From positions 199,723,845 to 199,787,844 of the forward strand of contig NC_068981.1 in NCBI RefSeq assembly GCF_001194135.2: DNA of 64,000 nucleotides, read 5' to 3'. The position numbers and the translations under genes were made by a program. Shown here in pieces: positions 62,385-64,000 of the stretch. The notes beneath the pieces were generated by a model. It saw only the letters and a program-made list of their open reading frames with translations. It was not told where the DNA came from and did no database searches. Position 1 is the first letter of the stretch, and every line of letters begins with the position of its first letter. Source of the DNA: Octopus bimaculoides. Its lineage: Eukaryota.

Positions 62385-64000
62385 CATCATTTAACATTCG
62401 TTTTCCATGCTGGCATGGGTTGGATGACTTGACAGGAAGTGGCATTTCTAGGGGCCGTACCAGGTTCCATAGTCCATTTTGGTTTCTACAGCTGGATGCT
62501 CTTCCTATCGCCAACTACTCCACAAAGTTTACTGGATGATTTTTGTGGCATCAGCACCCACACCAATGCTTTCCTACATGGCACCTTGGTTTCTGGATCT
62601 CAATTCAGTTGTGGCACGTGGGTTTTCTCGATACAACAATATGCCACATATCTTAGTCCTGTTATCTCCTTCGATCCAGGTCATCCTGGATCTCCCTATT
62701 CCACTTTATGAAACTCTTTTCATCCATCTACATCACATGACCAAACCAGTGCAGTCTCCTCTCTTGCACACTACATCTAATTCCTCTTATAACCAAATTC
62801 TCTCTCAATACACCATTTCTGTTGCATATGCACACTGACATCACAGATCCAGGGGAGCATATCAGTTTCCTTCCTTTCCAGTCCTCGCATATCCCCTGCA
62901 TTAAGGGCCCCATTTCATTACCATGGAGCACTACTGTTTGTAGACATGAATCATAAATGTTCCCTTCACTCGGAGAGATAAAAGCTTTCTGAACTTTCTC
63001 CATCCTATTTTTAGTCTAGCAATTACACTTTCTGTATAACCTCCCCGCATTGCTAATTAGCTCACTTCGGAAGCAAAAATCACCTACAACTTCCAGAGAG
63101 CCACTTGTAACATTTAAGGCTCTTCTGGTCTTTCCAAGCCCATCTCTTCTTTTATAGCCCTATTTCCCTCACTGTTCCACCACTATGTCACCCTCAGTCT
63201 GGTCTGTTGCCTTCAGTAGATTGTTCCACAGCAATTCCAACTGTAGCTATACCCGAGGCATTTGTCAGATGATAGTAAACAATTATTCCCTTCCTTTTTC
63301 ATTGATGTGTTTGAACAAGGCTCTAGAACTACAAATGAAGTGGAGAGATCTGTTGTGCACATACACATCCTTTTTGAGTTTGTTTTGCTATGAAGGGCAA
63401 TTCTTCGTGAGTACTGCATCCCAGAAATCATCTTGATCTTTTATGATCTCCTTGACGAGGCTCAACATACTGAGATCAACCTTCAATACTTTATCTTCTT
63501 GGGTTTCCCAATTTTCACATTAAGCAATTCTTATACAGCTGCCCATATTCATATGCGTCACATGACCACACCAGTACACTATGTGTCTCACATCCAATGG
63601 AGCATGCTCACTTCATTTTTTTCTGTATTTTGCAAGTCCTCTGCATGCATGACTGTCACATTACCATGCAACCAATCTTTTACACCAAGAAACCTTTTAT
63701 TGCCAACTAAAGTATTGGGTTGTCCGGAAAGTTTGTGCCAATTTTTAATCAACCAAATATGAACCATTTTGTTGCACAATGCGTCTCCATCTTTCCTTTA
63801 ACTTGAAAATACCCTCTTCCCAGAATTGAGGTGGTTTCATGGCAAATAAGTTGAAAGGTAAGCTACTATAAATCGGCACAAACTTTCCAGACAACCCAAT
63901 AATAACTTTCTCCAACCAGTTCTTATTTTTGTGACTATACACCCAGAGCATCCTCATTCACTGCTAATTCGGTCACCTAAGTAACTGAAACTATTTGTAA
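62385..64000 (-). mobile_element. RTE tail and C-terminal fragments, old, with a nested MITE
   Basis: Reverse tail at 62385-62560; VQERRLHWFGHVM at about 62730; second fragment 63530-64000. Confidence 0.7.
63715..63899 (-). mobile_element. 185-bp mariner deletion derivative (MITE) with TA duplication
   Basis: TA|TTGGGTTGTCCGGAAAGTTTGTGCCAATTT ... AAATCGGCACAAACTTTCCAGACAACCCAA|TA; interior encodes the transposase C-terminus FWEEGIFKLKERWRRIVQQNGSY. Confidence 0.9.

Overview
AT-rich, repeat-dense animal genomic DNA with seven N-gaps, most likely octopus/coleoid cephalopod (inferred from uninterrupted C2H2 arrays without KRAB/ZAD/BTB, the repeat families and a very GC-rich 18S helix 44). The core is a C2H2 zinc-finger cluster: three intact array ORFs (ZNF-A 20890-22299 +, 16 fingers; ZNF-B 37340-39184 -, 20 fingers; ZNF-C 56644-57885 -, 13 fingers) and a dead paralog split by a Gypsy element (42911-42985 and 46476-47114, +). 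The rest is decayed mobile DNA: RTE LINEs (about 20 copies of one (GAT)n-tailed 3' end), Dong/R4 elements, Penelope GIY-YIG fragments, Gypsy pol, mariner and maT transposases, MITEs, two tRNA-type SINE families and an 18S rRNA fragment. Best observations: a shared N-terminal module plus an acidic first finger in ZNF-B/C; a complete minimal hammerhead ribozyme behind a Penelope fragment; a PHD finger inside an RTE reverse transcriptase; an in-frame patchwork ORF (templated inversion + GIY-YIG + C2H2 + Gypsy RT); and a 245-bp templated inversion with an 18-bp flanking duplication. All alignments and identities were done by eye; repeat boundaries are approximate.
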